Shown here: one piece after another, positions 1 through 13,004 of the stretch
Layout: the number at the start of each line of letters is the position of its first letter
How positions within the stretch are numbered: position 1 is the stretch's first letter
DNA from: Eledone cirrhosa
Taxonomy: Eukaryota
Direction: 5' to 3'
Assembly (NCBI GenBank): GCA_964016885.1
Contig: OZ024741.1
Coordinates: forward strand, 59,644,001-59,708,000
Length of the DNA stretch: 64,000 bases
Program-made: the position numbers and the translations under genes
Notes under the pieces: generated by a model
The model's input: the letters and a program-made list of their open reading frames with translations, nothing else
Databases searched by the model: none
Told to the model about the DNA's origin: nothing

Positions 1-1190
1 TCCCCTTCATTCTCACTTGGAGATCTAGAGGTTCCCGTGTCTGAGACTTCTGAATCAGGGGTAGATGGGAGGGGTATGTTGTGTGGTGGAGTATTTGTGC
101 ATGTGTTTGTGGAAGTATTTGACAAGGAGGGAGGAGGCAATGGATGGTGTTTCAGTAGGATTTTGTGTGTGGTTGTCTCTGGTCTGTGGTGTTGTGGGAG
201 TGGATGTTGCAGGTTTTTGCGTTGAGTTTGGTTTGGAGTGTTGATGTTGGGGTTTTGGTGTTGGTAATAACACCTCGGTTTGTTTAAGAGAGAGCAAAAG
301 GCCTTTAAGTGTGTGGTTTTTCCCACACTTATGGCACTTAGGTCTTTTCCCCTCCACTAAAATTGAGATGACATCTTCCCCAAGGACGACCCTGTCCGGT
401 ATTTGCTCAACTCTCTCTGGCCTCATTTGTACCAGAACCTCGCTGCAGGTTCCAAACCAGTTATGCCGGTCTGTCCTGTCTACAGATAGGAAGGTGTCCT
501 CATCCTTCTTCAGGATGCAGCGTAAGATCCACCATATGTTGACCTCTGCTGGGATCCTGGTTATTTTTATTTTGTAGGATCTTCTTCCCATGTATGTGGG
601 GGAAGAAGATGTGTTGATCCGTTTTTATTGGGTGAACCGAGTGTTTTGTGCCAGAGTTTCGCTCTTAAAGAGCATTGACACACTTCCATACTGTTTACCT
701 CTTTGGAGATATGCCATGTCTGGCTTGATATCTGTTAGTGCAGCTTCAATATTGCTTGTTGGGAGCGTTATGGGTTTTTGGTAATAATGTCAACTGTTCT
801 ATGAATTAGTTTCTTTTTTCTTTGTCATTTCTCTTACTTGTGGGGGCTATGTGTATGTGTGGGGTGTCTCCCTCAAACGTCACATATTTGGAAGCTTCTT
901 CCAAATATTGGGATTTTTGGGAAATGTCCATGGAGTAGTATTTAAAATCCTGTTGCTTAGCAACTGTTGCTGCAAATGAAATTTTGTTATTGTTGTTGTC
1001 GGTGGTGATGATGGTCTCATTCGTTTTGTTGCCACTGATTCCTTTTGTTGTGTTGTTGTTGTTCTCATTTATTGTGTTGTTGTTGTTGTTGATATTGCTT
1101 GTGGTGGTGTTAGTATTTGCTACATATACTTCCTTCTGTGTGTGGATACATGTGAGGTTTGTGACGTCAGGCGTGTTCATACTATTCAGG
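1..1190 (-). mobile_element. Frameshifted LINE ORF1-like (gag-like) remnant
   Basis: ORFs 806-1180 and 55-591 on the minus strand. An N/T-rich N-terminus with SFAATVAK is followed by a zinc-knuckle-like RPKCHKCGKNH and a P/T-rich tail, a layout typical of L1/Tx1-type ORF1. Family assignment is inference. Confidence 0.45.
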
Positions 1191-1744
1191 TCACGTCATA
1201 TGTACTATGTAAACGGAGATTTGATACCTGATCATTTTCTTTGTTTTCCATTCTTTTCATTTTATTATAAATTGTTATATTTTTGGATTATCTTCTATCG
1301 CTATTGCCTCATGATTGATCATGATTCTGGTAGATTAACATTAACATTACCATTTATCGGCACATAAGAATAGATTTTGCTTATTGACATCTTTATTTGG
1401 GTAACATTTCCGTGACTTTACTATGTGTTGAAACATCTATATTGTTGTATAGATCTTAGTTCATCAAATGTTATTCCGACATCAGACTAGTATTTATTTG
1501 AAATAACTTTTGGATTTTATCGTTATTGCTAGCAACCGTATATATTATAGATTATTCAACTTTCCTTTTTATGAACCAATAAAGGTACATTATGTTGTGT
1601 AGAAAAAATATCCTACACACGCTAAATATGATTGTGTTTAAGTATAAAATAGCATGTGTCCTTTTCTTTTTACTTTCATTTTTAGTTGATAAGTAAGAAT
1701 ATATGATTTATATTTCATATATATATATTTCATTTATATATATA

Positions 1745-2110
<366 letters not shown>

Positions 2111-3990
2111 CATACATTTTTGTGTGTATATTTCTATCACCTAGCTGGTATTATTATATTAGACGAAAGAAGTACAAAAAATTAAAAAGGAATGAGACAA
2201 AAATATAAAGAACTTCAAATATAAATAAATGTTGGTGACAGAAAAAACGGAGAAAAATAGGAGAAAAAAAACGATTTTGGAGGTAACGAATTTTATGAGT
2301 GAACTAGAGAATATTCAAATGAATAGATATATGCAGTCTTATATTTTATTTTATTTTGTATGTGATTTCCTGTGAAACCTTGACAGCTTTAATAAAAAAA
2401 AATCTTTCATATTTACCGTGTCAAAGAGGTTATACTCATCATTAAGGTGAAATCAATCATAAAGAGTAGGTATGAGTAGTATGAAGCCGATTGGCTACTT
2501 TGACTATACCAGTCTGCGCATGTCACCGACGCTTCTTATCATCACACTTAACTCCCTTTTTTGAAGAAACAAAACGGCGTCCTAGACTCACGATATAAAG
2601 AGATATCAGGTAAAAATCGTAAACTGTTGTATTACATTTTTAACTTACTGTGTTGCATCTTAGCTTTTACTCTTGCTTTGCTAATATACATTGTACTGAG
2701 TTTCTAAAAGGATCCTATCTACATATCAAACAATGCTTCATATGAACTATTCTACTTTGTTAAGCTGTTAATTTTTATATATATTTATATTCTTTTAGAA
2801 ATTATAGGAATGCCAAAAGTAGAAAATATTTTTAACTGAATGTGTGTTAATTTCATGTGTTGGCCGTTCCGTTGTTTGTACCTCAGGAGTAGTATTCGCC
2901 AGAAGCAACCGACATCCAACATGGCACATGCCATATCAAGTGGTCTTCACCATAATTTGTAATCTTTCAATGCATAATAAACTATTATTTTTATTTCTAT
3001 ATATATCTCAAACTGTAAGAAATCATTATTTACAATTTCGATATGCTGAATTAGAAATACATTTAGTTTATAAAATAGCCTTATATATCTTATACTTCAT
3101 TAGTTGAAGAAAAGTGTTTTGCTATTTTTATTCGGCAATGGTGTATGCAGAAATATACCCTGTCTCTGCATTACATTTAATTCTCAGGGATGAATATTTC
3201 CATAATTACAATAAGCTCTATTGGCACGGCATGGACACCAGCACATCTCATTCACCTATAACGGAATTTCACATGCTTATCACCCACTGATGGATATTCT
3301 AATCCCAGTATTATAAACAAAATATATATATTATCGGTCCGTCTGATAATTTCTAATTTTAGGAACGTTTAGAAAATAAATTAGGCATATCTATATTTCT
3401 TATTAAGCTCGGGTTAATGTTATGAGAGGAATAATTCCGTTTTTATAATTATTGAAAATCATTATTATATAAAGATTGTCAGCTTAAAAGACTGAAATAA
3501 ACCAAATGGATCACCTTGGTGATACAATGGAAACAATGATTGCTCTATCTTAATATCACTATTGTTTCCTTAGGAGCCATGTTTGACATTAAATCACGCT
3601 TGTTTTCACTTTACTTTCATGATATATTAAATTATATTATCAATAATATTCATAAATTCTTTACCATTTTCAAACACTTCTCTGTCTGTTAGATGCATAT
3701 CCACTCATACTTACGCATGTATAACTACAAACGCACACATAATCGCATCATATACAGTTTACACACGTACATACATATAACAACACAACACACACACACA
3801 TACACGCACACGCAGACGCACACACCCACACCCACCCACGCACACACACCCCCCACACACACACACATATATATATATATGCGCGTGTGTGTGTGTATGT
3901 ATTTGCAAATTAATAAAATCTTCAAAAAGATATGAAATCTGTCTGTAAGACAATAAAAATATCGAATAGTTATAATTTATAAACATAGTG

Positions 3991-4131
<141 letters not shown>

Positions 4132-4151
4132 ATAATACACATATACACATA

Positions 4152-4226
<75 letters not shown>

Positions 4227-4357
4227 GCAAAAGTTCTATTTAAAATTGTTGGGATACAACAAGTAAATATTTTTATAACTGATATAAAGCACTCGACAAG
4301 TATTTGGAGTAGATATACGATATTAATAAATGGAAACTATATTTATAAAACCATATT

Positions 4358-4422
4358 TATTTCATTATATATATTTCAGGGATACCAAATTAAATTATGG
4401 TATGCCTTCATCAGACAAAATA
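4358..4422 (-). ncRNA. Type I hammerhead ribozyme (family A), mirror copy
   Basis: Exact reverse complement of 4571-4635 within the palindrome. Confidence 0.85.
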
Positions 4423-4570
4423 CAATATATAACAGTTTTACAAATAAGCTTTGACGTACCCTATTAAAATGCAACCATTGTTTTTGGAAGTCATCCGGAT
4501 GACTTCCAAAAACAATGGTTGCATTTTAATAGGGTACGTCAAAGCTTATTTGTAAAACTGTTATATATTG

Positions 4571-4635
4571 TATTTTGTCTGATGAAGGCATACCATAATT
4601 TAATTTGGTATCCCTGAAATATATATAATGAAATA
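4571..4635 (+). ncRNA. Type I hammerhead ribozyme (family A)
   Basis: Helix I TATTTTGT/ATGAAATA, core CTGATGA (4579-4585), helix II AGGCATACCA/TGGTATCCCT, GAAA (4616-4619), short palindromic helix III TATATA, AUA cleavage triplet ending at 4627. Confidence 0.85.
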
Positions 4636-6189
4636 AATATGGTTTTATAAATATAGTTTCCATTTATTAATATCGTATATATATATATATATTTATTATA
4701 TATATATATATATACAGAGACAAAGAGTGAGAGGGAGAAATAGAGAGAGAGAGAGAGAGAAACATAATCTTAAACATATTCAAACGATCAGGCGGTAATA
4801 TTTATACAACAAAACATTCTAGGAAATCACATCACAAGTAGTTATATATAAAAGTACAATTTATCTAGGCTGGTAAACCACCAAGTTTTCAAGTTTTCTG
4901 GAACTGGAAAAACCAAGGAAAGCTAATATGGAATTAAGTTTTGTTAATTGACGGCCAATTATGTTGCTCAATAACAGTGGGAACCGTTTAAAGAATATAT
5001 TTGAAATATTTCCCAAGCGAAATCTTAATGCGTATAAAGCCAAATTACCTCACATTTTCCAATATATATATGTGTGGAGTAACTCGTCCTCAGGCAATTT
5101 AAATATCTTCCCTAGGGAAATCACACATTTTCAAACAATACATATTTCCTGAGATAATTGATTCTGTGTAGTAACTGGTAAAAAAAAAACTTCTATTTAT
5201 TTACGGATTATGAAACTGCAAGTTAAATAACAGAAAAACAAACAACATACATATTGTAAAGACGTGGTTCTTAACCATTTGTCCCTATGACCCACCCAGA
5301 GAACTCAACTAAATTCAACCCCCACACCCTCAAAGACTGTTATAGCATTTTAATAACAATGTTATGTTTTATGATTTCTCATACTTCAAAGGTATCTCAC
5401 ATATATAACATAATCAAAACCGACACACAAAGAATATGAGTCCTTTCTAGAGACATTGTAGCCCCTCGAAGATCCCGGAAATGTACAAAACTCTCATATT
5501 GCAATGTTACTCACATGTATGTAACTAATATGTGTTTAACTACACCGAATACAGAAGCTATAAGCCGTTGGACAAGCTGAAGTAAATAACTTTGCTCTAA
5601 AACTCTTACGAATATCATCCATTAAACTACACACAAACCTTCCAACATTTGTGCATGTGTGTATGTGGAATGTAACAAAATCAAATCAGACATATGACAG
5701 TACTAATTATGGACGTTAACGTTAGCGGTACAAAGACTGAAGGGCACGTCATTTGAAGAGGGATATAGTCGTTTACATCTCACAAGTATTTGATTAGCAT
5801 TTTATTTCATCAAACTCTGAAGGATCTAAAAGGAAGAAATATACGACTGAGGCGTGACTACATACTAAATCTCAGGGTTTAAATTCCAATGTATTATTGA
5901 GAAGCAACCACAAATCTTTTCACTACATTCATCGCAGATCTACCGCATTTCTAATGAAATATACTATATTTCAATTAATGAAGAATGTCTTGAGAATTCC
6001 AAATGAACAATTACGCTGTAATCATTGCTTTAAAGGCAAAACCTAGTGATTAAGAGATTGCTGTCTTTCTCAAAGTTGCATGCTCATTTGCTGTCTATAG
6101 TTGCAAAGAGCTGGAAGCCACTGGTGGCGATTCTACAGCAGTAGCCAAATGCAAGACACTTTCTAAGGGTCTTAATACCATAACAACGC

Positions 6190-6990
6190 CTAAATTCATA
6201 AAAAGGGGTGCAGAAAATTATCGATACGAACCAAATAAAGTCAATTAAGGCCATTGCTAAAGAGCACAAGGTTTCAAAGCACACTATTGGAAGAATTGCG
6301 GGTGAAGACCTTCAAGATAAGCCATGCGTGATCCGAAGCGGCCAATTGCTGTCTGCAAAATGAAAAATAACTGCCTGTTCCCCGTAAAGCGTTTGTTGAG
6401 TAAGTAACATCAAAAGCTTAGAATGCTTTGTTTTCTTTTTTTCTGATGAGGACCAGGACAAAAATCATCAATTGAAGGAATGACAGATGGTTATACAGAG
6501 ACCCTAAAGACATTTCAACAGTCATACACTCAACGTTTCCGGAAACCGTGATGGTTCTGGGAGCCGTGAACAACGAAGGAAATGTCACGTCTCCTCACGT
6601 CTTTCTTCAGAGCTTAAGCGTCAATTCTTCTGAGTATAAGTAAGTGTTCGATAGACATCGTGACCAATGAAATATTGTACACCTATCAACAAGACTCTGT
6701 GCCGTCTCATAAGGCGACGACGACCTATGATTAGATGAATTAGAATCTCCACGCGTCACCCAAACATATGACCCTCCTAGCTTACCAGACCTGAATCCAC
6801 CGGACTACATTTACGGGGTGTAGTCGACAAGGATGTCAATCAATACCTCCCCATAAAACTATAAAATCTCTGAAGTCCACGATAACTAATACAATGTTTA
6901 GCTTAGATAAGGTACACTTTATTTGGGCTTGTCACCGTTTCAGACATCGTAGTGAGTCATCGACGCTAATGGCGGGTTCATTACATAGAT
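6190..6990 (+). mobile_element. Degenerate Tc1/mariner transposase, maT/DD37D-like
   Basis: Interrupted translation gives SIKAIAKEHKVSKHTI, FFSDE, VMVLGAV, YQQDSVPSH, PPSLPDLNPPDY and DANGGFI, with many stops. Confidence 0.7.
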
Positions 6991-7019
6991 ACATTTAGAA
7001 GAGTGACAATATTATCAGC

Positions 7020-7215
7020 AGAACGTCGGGCACCATGCTTTACAACATAGAGTTACGCCCCCTTATGATCTGAGTTCAAATCCGCTAAGGTTAGCTTTGC
7101 CTTTCATCCTTACGCGGTCGATAAAATAAAGCACCAGTAATGCAATCCGGTCGATTTAATCGACGTTCCCCTTCTCCAAAATTGCTGGCCTTGTGTCTCC
7201 AGGGGAATCAATATT
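7020..7215 (+). mobile_element. tRNA-derived SINE (family 1)
   Basis: B-box-like GAGTTCAAATCC at 7072-7083 followed by TTTGCCTTTCATCC...GTCGATAAAATAAAG. Homologous to 13315-13400 (+) and 27720-27895 (-). Confidence 0.65.
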
Positions 7216-7531
7216 ATTTATGCCAATTTGTCTTCAAATAAATCATATTTTATCTTAGGTGGTGTTGTGGCAGATTGATATCGAAAGGATCGAATATCTT
7301 AAAAATACAAAACACTCATCGAGAAAAAAGCCTCTGTCATACTCAAATTTTAAAATGTGAAGAAAGCTATCTAGTGAAAAGGTAACATGAAGAGGGAAAA
7401 TGGAAAGGGTTCTTAACTACTGAAGGAAGTCTTGACACACGGCATGGTCTGGGCATTTTAAATCAAGTGGAGCCTATAGCTCTCCATGCCTGAACACAAC
7501 CATTTTCTGCTATAGAAAGAAAGTATATGAC

Positions 7532-7581
<50 letters not shown>

Positions 7582-8068
7582 CGAATGATGGAGAGAATCA
7601 ATACAGTATTAGACTGGTACTTTAATTATCGATCTCAAAAAGCTGTATGTAGACTCAGAGCAGAGATAACCCGAAGGAAAATACAAAAACAGACGCATTT
7701 AATCTGACTCTGAAAATTCTCCGCCTTGTTAACAGTGTAGAACAGATAAGTGGAAATAAATAGACCGGGTTAATATTCTACAAATCCCATATTAATCTCG
7801 ACATATTTCATTTTGACATCACCGTATAATTTCCACAAGCTATCGATCTTTTAAGTAGGTTGAAACACTTATGTGAGTGCAACATTAATATAACATATTT
7901 CAGCTGATTATCTCCTAATAAAGTGTTACACTGAAGAGTCAAGATACGCTCGTAAAGACGCTTGTAAGCATTAGCAACAGACGTTTGACGTCAACTTAAC
8001 CGGAGAGATATGATTATTAGGGCATCTATATTCATTTGTATAACTGTGCAAAATTTTTCACTCTCACT

Positions 8069-8192
<124 letters not shown>

Positions 8193-8351
8193 GAATGATT
8201 AGGTATCAAGAGAGTGAAGAAAATGGAAAGATGAGCGATACATATATTTAGTTGCTAATAGTTTATGCTTGTGTGCTCAATACTTGTGCCTACAGGGTTA
8301 AATATTAGAAGCGTCAATATTTAGTAGGCAAGAAAAAATATGCAGAGCGAT

Positions 8352-9175
8352 TATAAAGGAAATGAATACAAAGAGTTTAAAACCGTTAAAACATGTTTAT
8401 ATAATAGTACGCCTACGTACGTTACGCCCTGAATGGGCTTATCAAGGGCATGGAAAGCAAAATAATGATCAATATAGGACCCAGGAGGGAATTCACGGTT
8501 AAATTAACATCATCATTCATTTTTCCCCTCTGTGCATGTGTTTTTAGTATCACAGAGTAGAGGGAGTAACTCTGATCGGTGTTCAAGCAATCAGTCCCAT
8601 GTGAATTTTTATGCCTGTTCATATGCTGGTGTTTAGCATCTTTATATTATGTGTGTTGTTTCACTAGTGCCAGTACAAATCGGGCCTGGGGTGTACATTT
8701 ATTATTTAGTGGATGTTGCTTCACTAATGTTTGTTCGAGTATGGTCTGCGGTGTACATTTGGTTCACAGATGTTTGTTCATACTGCCTGCCACCCGGGGT
8801 GTTATGGTTCGGGCAGGGGGACCCAGTTCGTAGTTTTCATGTCACAGTCGCCTCCCAGGCAAAATACGACGCCTGTACCCGGTGTTTACAATTAATAACT
8901 GATTCTGCTCGGCTGTTTATGAGCTCGTGGGGTGTTCTTATGATGTAGTACAGCTCCATGAGTCAGAGCTGGCATTTCCCCCTTGAAGTTCTAGGGTGCA
9001 GCCCTACTGACAATATCCCAGTGTGTGGAGAAGCTTATGTTGGCGTCTTTCAATATGGTAACGTAGTTGGCAAGTGATGTGGAGTGCCTCACATTCAGGG
9101 CGATACGTACATAGGCGTACTATTATATAAACATGTTTTAACGGTTTTAAACTCTTTGTATTCATTTCCTTTATA
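8352..9175 (-). mobile_element. 5'-truncated PLE (GIY-YIG C-terminus plus pLTR) with inverted pLTR end
   Basis: Minus strand 9091-8837 reads STSLANYV..WDIVSRA..CQL..LINSRAESVINCKHR. 8352-8435 and 9092-9175 are inverted repeats. Degenerate HHR at 8409-8451 (-). Confidence 0.8.
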
Positions 9176-9255
9176 TATATATATATACATATGTCCCAAG
9201 GCTCTGATACCATCAACACTATAAACACAGAGCTGGCATATCTAAGAATTGACTA

Positions 9256-9311
9256 ACTGCCTGATGAAGTCATAGCCATTCAATGGCTATCATCGAAATA
9301 TATATAGCAGT
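9256..9311 (+). ncRNA. Type I hammerhead ribozyme in a ~170-bp solo pLTR fragment (9188-9357) between TA tracts
   Basis: Helix I ACTGC/GCAGT, CTGATGA (9261-9267), helix II ATAGCCATT/AATGGCTAT, GAAA (9295-9298), TATATA helix III, AUA site, then AATAAA. Confidence 0.85.
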
Positions 9312-9352
9312 AAATAAAGGATTATGAGTTCATGCAATTGACTTATGTTTCG

Positions 9353-9485
<133 letters not shown>

Positions 9486-9729
9486 TAAAACATGTCTATA
9501 GAATCACCAGATAAAATATATACCATTTCCTCTCCCAATTAGCATATTCAACTATATAAAAAATCGAATAGACCAGGCTATAAGAATAAGGCTTCTATGA
9601 AGAAATACCCAACAAATAACCGAAACTAGCCCTTCGCGTCGGCTGCGACGGAATATTTATCGAATATTTCGACAGCGTAATCCGTTGCAAAACACGTATG
9701 TATGTATATATATATATATATATGTAAGC

Positions 9730-9789
<60 letters not shown>

Positions 9790-9795
<6 letters not shown>

Positions 9796-11335
9796 AATGA
9801 TAAATTTGAAGACTAAAATCCAAAGAGGACTGGCTCGATAAGGATAAATATATATCAAATATATAAGAACCGTAGAGTAAATATTTATTAAAATAACAGA
9901 TTAAAGTTTAAGCAAAGAATCGCTGCTTTCACCCTTAACGGGATCTTCTGAAACTAACAAAGTCAATCTGTAAACGCATAAGTGGATATTTCAAAAAACG
10001 TTGCAACCGGAGGAAGACAGGAAGACGATACTTTGGTTCGTAGAAACGTTCCCTGGCAAAGAACGGAAAAAAACGAATATAATACATCATTAATAGGAGC
10101 GGTGAAAAACAATTACGCGCAAAGACAGAACCACGTTTATGGTATGAAAGAAGTCGTAGACTAATGTTCTCTTAGGTGGTGCATAGAGACGTTCTCTGGC
10201 AATGAACAGAAAAAACGAAGATAAAACGTCATATGTGGAGCATGGAGAATAATAGCACGCAAAGACAAAACCACGTAAATGGTATAGCTGAATTCGTAGA
10301 TTAAAATTCTAACTAGAAAACCGAATGATTCTCCGCTTCGGAGTTAAGAATAAAGTAAATAAAATACAATACATAGGTAATTGAAATGAACTAAATACAT
10401 ACACGCGTCCATATACGTACATACACAAGCATACGCGAAAACGATCGCCATAGGTATACAAAACCACGCACATATAAATATGTGTGTGTGTGTGCGTGTA
10501 TACAAATAAGTAAATAATTAAATAAACGTATATAAATAAATAAATACGTAAATAACAAGCGCACACACACATACCTACATGTAAATACACAAATGTTGGG
10601 AGCCGTATGTCAACCAAAACATGAAGTAAACATATACATACACCCAACATACGTACGTACCCGCATACTCACACAGACGCAAAACTCCCGTATACACATA
10701 ACCAAAAGCATACGTACCAGAATATATAAAAATATACACCATAACATATACAATCAAGTATACGTACGAGAAAGTATACGTACCTTCACAAAACATACAG
10801 GAAATATATACTCACCTATGCAAATAAGTAATCGTATAAACATAACATATACTTAGCAACCTCACCAAGACGTAAAATATCCACGTATAGATCGTACTAT
10901 CCGTTAGGGTATAATGTAGGGCTGTAATACAGGAAGGTTTTGTGAAATTTATGTTTACAAGCAGAAATTGCCTCAGATTATTTGTTTAAGATGTGGTCGG
11001 TGGTGTAGAGTATTTCCAGGGCCTCAGCGGCGCAGAGGTCACATGGTCTTTTATTTCCGTTATACGATCTAGTCCTAGCTAGAATCTCCCAGTGTAACTT
11101 ATATTGGGTGTGGTTGTCTTTTAGACTCCAGATATAAGCTGCAAGTGACGTCATATTCCCTTTTAGAGGATAACGAAAAGAATGGGTATGCATGTAAAGA
11201 CGCTGCTTGAATCTATTGGCGGTTAACCCTATGTATCCCTACGGGACGTGGGTGTTTCAACCTTACATTTGTAGACAATGTTACGTTAAGGGTGAAAGCA
11301 GCGATTCTTTGCTTACACTTTAATCTGTTATTTTA

Positions 11336-11342
<7 letters not shown>
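9790..11342 (-). mobile_element. 5'-truncated PLE (family B) with inverted terminal pLTR piece
   Basis: GIY-YIG remnant 11280-10940 (IVYKC..YIGLTANRFKQR..SLAAYIWSLK..CDLC). The long 3' UTR/pLTR is repeated at 17575-18478. 11286-11342 is an inverted copy of ~9882-9939. TA tracts on both sides. Confidence 0.85.
9905..9955 (-). ncRNA. Hammerhead-like ribozyme with CAGAAGA core (family B)
   Basis: Helix I AGTTT/AAACT, CAGAAGA, helix II CCC-GTTAA-GGG, GAAA, helix III GCA/TGC, CUU triplet. Confidence 0.6.
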
Positions 11343-11383
<41 letters not shown>

Positions 11384-11468
11384 GTTAAGTGTTAATTGAA
11401 CAAGTACTTTCATGCTTTCGCAATCTTCAGGTTCATATTCTGTGATGAGAGTCAAGTTTGCAATTTTC

Positions 11469-11545
<77 letters not shown>

Positions 11546-11600
11546 TATTTATCTATTTATTAATCTATTCATCTCTATGTATCTTACTCAATCACACACA

Positions 11601-11696
<96 letters not shown>

Positions 11697-11698
<2 letters not shown>

Positions 11699-11968
11699 TT
11701 TCCCGTTCTTTGCCAGGAAACGTTTCCCCGAACCAAAGTATCGTCTTCCTGTCTTCCTCCGGTTGCAACGCTTTTTGAAATATTCACTTCTGCGTTCACA
11801 GATTGACTTTGTTAGTTTCAGAAGATCCCGTTAAGGGTGAAAGCAGCGATTCTTTGCTTAAACTTTAATCTGTTATTTTATGCTCTACGGTTCTTATATA
11901 TTTGATATATATTTATCCCTATCGAGCCCTCTTTGGATTTTAGTCTTCAAATCTATTATTATTACTAT
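11697..11968 (+). mobile_element. Solo family-B pLTR fragment with hammerhead-like motif at 11814-11864
   Basis: Reverse complement of ~9795-10070, flanked by microsatellites. Confidence 0.85.
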
Positions 11969-12959
11969 CATATATGTATATATATATATAATATAGAAAT
12001 GGCTTCTACACGACTAGAACTGTTTCATTCGGGAGAAATCAGTTTCTATATTAAATATTTATTCTCTGGTATGTATTGAGTACCTTACTTACTCTGGTTA
12101 CCCCCGATTGAACACGGGATAAACTTATATATATATATACACATATCTATGTATGTGTGTGTGTGTATGTATGTATATGGTTGTTTAAGGGACTGATTAC
12201 CTGTGCGTGGGTGTACGCTGAAATTAAAACATTCGATCCATTTCAAACGAGTTATATGTATATCAATTGTAGTTTTATATTCAATAGATATAAATTGTCA
12301 TTCTGCAATGTTGAATTAATGAGTGCTTTCTGTGTATGAGACTGAGCATTGCACAGACACGAGTTCTCTTAATGCAGTTTTCAGGGTGATTAAGTGCGAC
12401 ATAGTGTGTAACAAGGGGCTGCTCATTTAAATTACATGTGCAGATCTACTTGTAATTACAGAATATTTTCGGATACACAGATCTACTTCCGAAAATATTC
12501 TATCTACGCAATGTCACTCACAAAACTTGGGCCGACCCAAACATATTTTAAATAACACTTGCTAAAGATGCATTAGTATCGAACCCGTAATCTAGTGATT
12601 ACAAGGGAAATTTCCTTACTATTTTACCATTATGCATCAAAGGCTACTTCATAGAATTTTGAAGAATGATTGATGAAGGTGAATTAGTTGTAGCCACAGG
12701 AAATGAAGAGTGAGATATAAAAATTTCAATTTAAAATCACGTTCTTGGTGGTAAATATTACTGACACTTTTTACACTATTTTTACGTAAGTGTGTGAAAT
12801 ATATTCAAGTTAATCGCAAATTCTATATACTGCAGTGACAATCACTCGCAGACATATGCATACACACACACACACGTACACACACACACATATATATATA
12901 TTATAGATAATTTATCATTCATCATTCGTTAAGATTAAAACTAACTAGTATATATATAT

Positions 12960-13004
<45 letters not shown>

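Larger units (their letters stand above)
4313..4680. repeat. Perfect 368-bp palindrome with no spacer, inside a head-to-head pLTR mini-element (4222-4680)
   Basis: Centre TCATCC|GGATGA at 4496/4497. The arms match base for base by eye. (TA)n tracts flank the element on both sides. Confidence 0.95.

Noticed and set aside
984-1367. Leu/Val-rich ORF resembling a membrane protein
   Set aside because: It is antisense to the (AAC)-rich N-terminus of the LINE ORF1-like remnant.
1385-1500. Hammerhead-like words on the minus strand (also near 9590-9630 and 45240-45280)
   Set aside because: The cores carry multiple mutations and the helices do not close convincingly. They could be chance matches in AT-rich DNA.
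8352-9175. Inverted terminal repeats suggesting a DNA transposon or MITE (also 22245-24583 and 30171-32491)
   Set aside because: The interiors are PLE RT/GIY-YIG and the repeats are unequal pLTR pieces with HHR motifs, not TIRs.
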